From positions 2,340,001 to 2,372,000 of the forward strand of contig NC_014033.1 in the NCBI RefSeq assembly GCF_000025925.1: DNA of 32,000 nt, written 5' to 3'. Below the pieces are notes generated by a model. The model was given only the letters and a program-made list of their open reading frames with translations. It searched no databases and was not told where the DNA came from. The stretch is from Xylanibacter ruminicola 23 (lineage in GTDB: Bacteria > Bacteroidota > Bacteroidia > Bacteroidales > Bacteroidaceae). This document shows positions 31,840-32,000 of this stretch, piece by piece. Numbering within the stretch: position 1 is the stretch's first letter; each line of letters begins with the position of its first letter. Made by a program: the position numbers and the translations under genes.

Positions 31840-32000
31840 ATGATAATGACTTTATCGGAGTATATTAAGCAAAAAAGGAAAGAAAACGGCCTTTCTCAGG
31901 TTGAATTAGCAGAGAGGGCCGGAGTAGGTCTCAGGTTTGTGAGAGACTTGGAACAGGGGAAGCAGACCTTGCGAATGGACAAGGTTAACGACGTGCTGGC
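31840..32000 (+). CDS. XRE-family HTH regulator, y4mF/HipB-like, N-terminal part (runs off the window)
   Basis: My translation is MIMTLSEYIKQKRKENGLSQVELAERAGVGLRFVRDLEQGKQTLRMDKVNDVL... The GL(R)FVRDLEQGK.T.R.DKV pattern is typical of regulators that precede HipA-type kinase toxins. Confidence 0.7.
   Translation, partial: MIMTLSEYIKQKRKENGLSQVELAERAGVGLRFVRDLEQGKQTLRMDKVNDVL

Larger units (their letters stand above)
25445..32000. mobile_element. Accessory island with phage/satellite-like replication and regulatory genes plus TA modules; the right end lies beyond the window and no integrase is seen
   Basis: The gene content switches from core metabolism to a PrimPol-DUF3987 protein, a Bro-N/KilAC antirepressor, hypothetical proteins, a RelE/ParE TA pair and an XRE/HipB-like regulator. 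The left edge abuts the gltB regulatory region. Confidence 0.5.

Noticed and set aside
1-32000. tRNA, rRNA, tmRNA or known riboswitch in the intergenic regions
   Set aside because: I scanned all spacers longer than 80 bp by eye. I found no cloverleaf-compatible sequence (no GTTCGAATC-type T-arm) and no motif I recognise. This was not an exhaustive covariance search.

Overview
Chromosomal segment of Bacteroidota type, probably Prevotellaceae. That placement is inferred from the SusC/SusD locus, a type III glutamine synthetase, TAnnTTTG -7 promoter boxes and a T9SS-type C-terminal tail. The layout falls into three blocks.

(1) 1-2.5 kb: a partial Sfp-type phosphopantetheinyl transferase (-), a decayed GxxExxY element, rmuC (-), and a 650-bp AT-rich leader.

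(2) 2.5-15.8 kb: a tightly packed seven-gene polysaccharide utilization locus (PUL) of beta-glucan (laminarin) type on the + strand. It encodes SusC-like, SusD-like, a surface glycan-binding lipoprotein with three CBM-like modules, BACON-GH16, a CotH-family protein with a T9SS tail, a GH5-like enzyme and GH3.

(3) 16-25.4 kb: a nitrogen-assimilation block on the - strand, with type III glnA and gltB-gltD-dapF.

From about 25.4 kb to the window end lies an accessory, mobile-looking island. It contains a small Cys-rich ORF, a PrimPol-DUF3987 replication protein, a Bro-N/KilAC antirepressor, a self-contained two-gene operon of unknown function, a RelE/ParE-type TA cassette, and the start of a y4mF/HipB-like XRE regulator. 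I found no rRNA, tRNA or CRISPR array.

Most notable observations:
- A palindromic element built of 8-bp units occurs three times in and next to the replication gene, twice read through in frame. A half copy sits next to a GxxExxY nuclease remnant 27 kb away.
- The glnA and gltB promoters share a roughly 125-nt architecture with paired TTACA-N3-TGTAA palindromes at identical spacing.
- A GC-rich hairpin-forming insertion is translated inside gltD.
- Sense-oriented ATG-TAA start-stop repeats sit in three intercistronic spacers.
- A translationally coupled CotH/T9SS gene lies inside the PUL.
- An autonomous hypothetical gene pair sits in the island.

All functional calls come from reading motifs by eye. 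No database search was possible.
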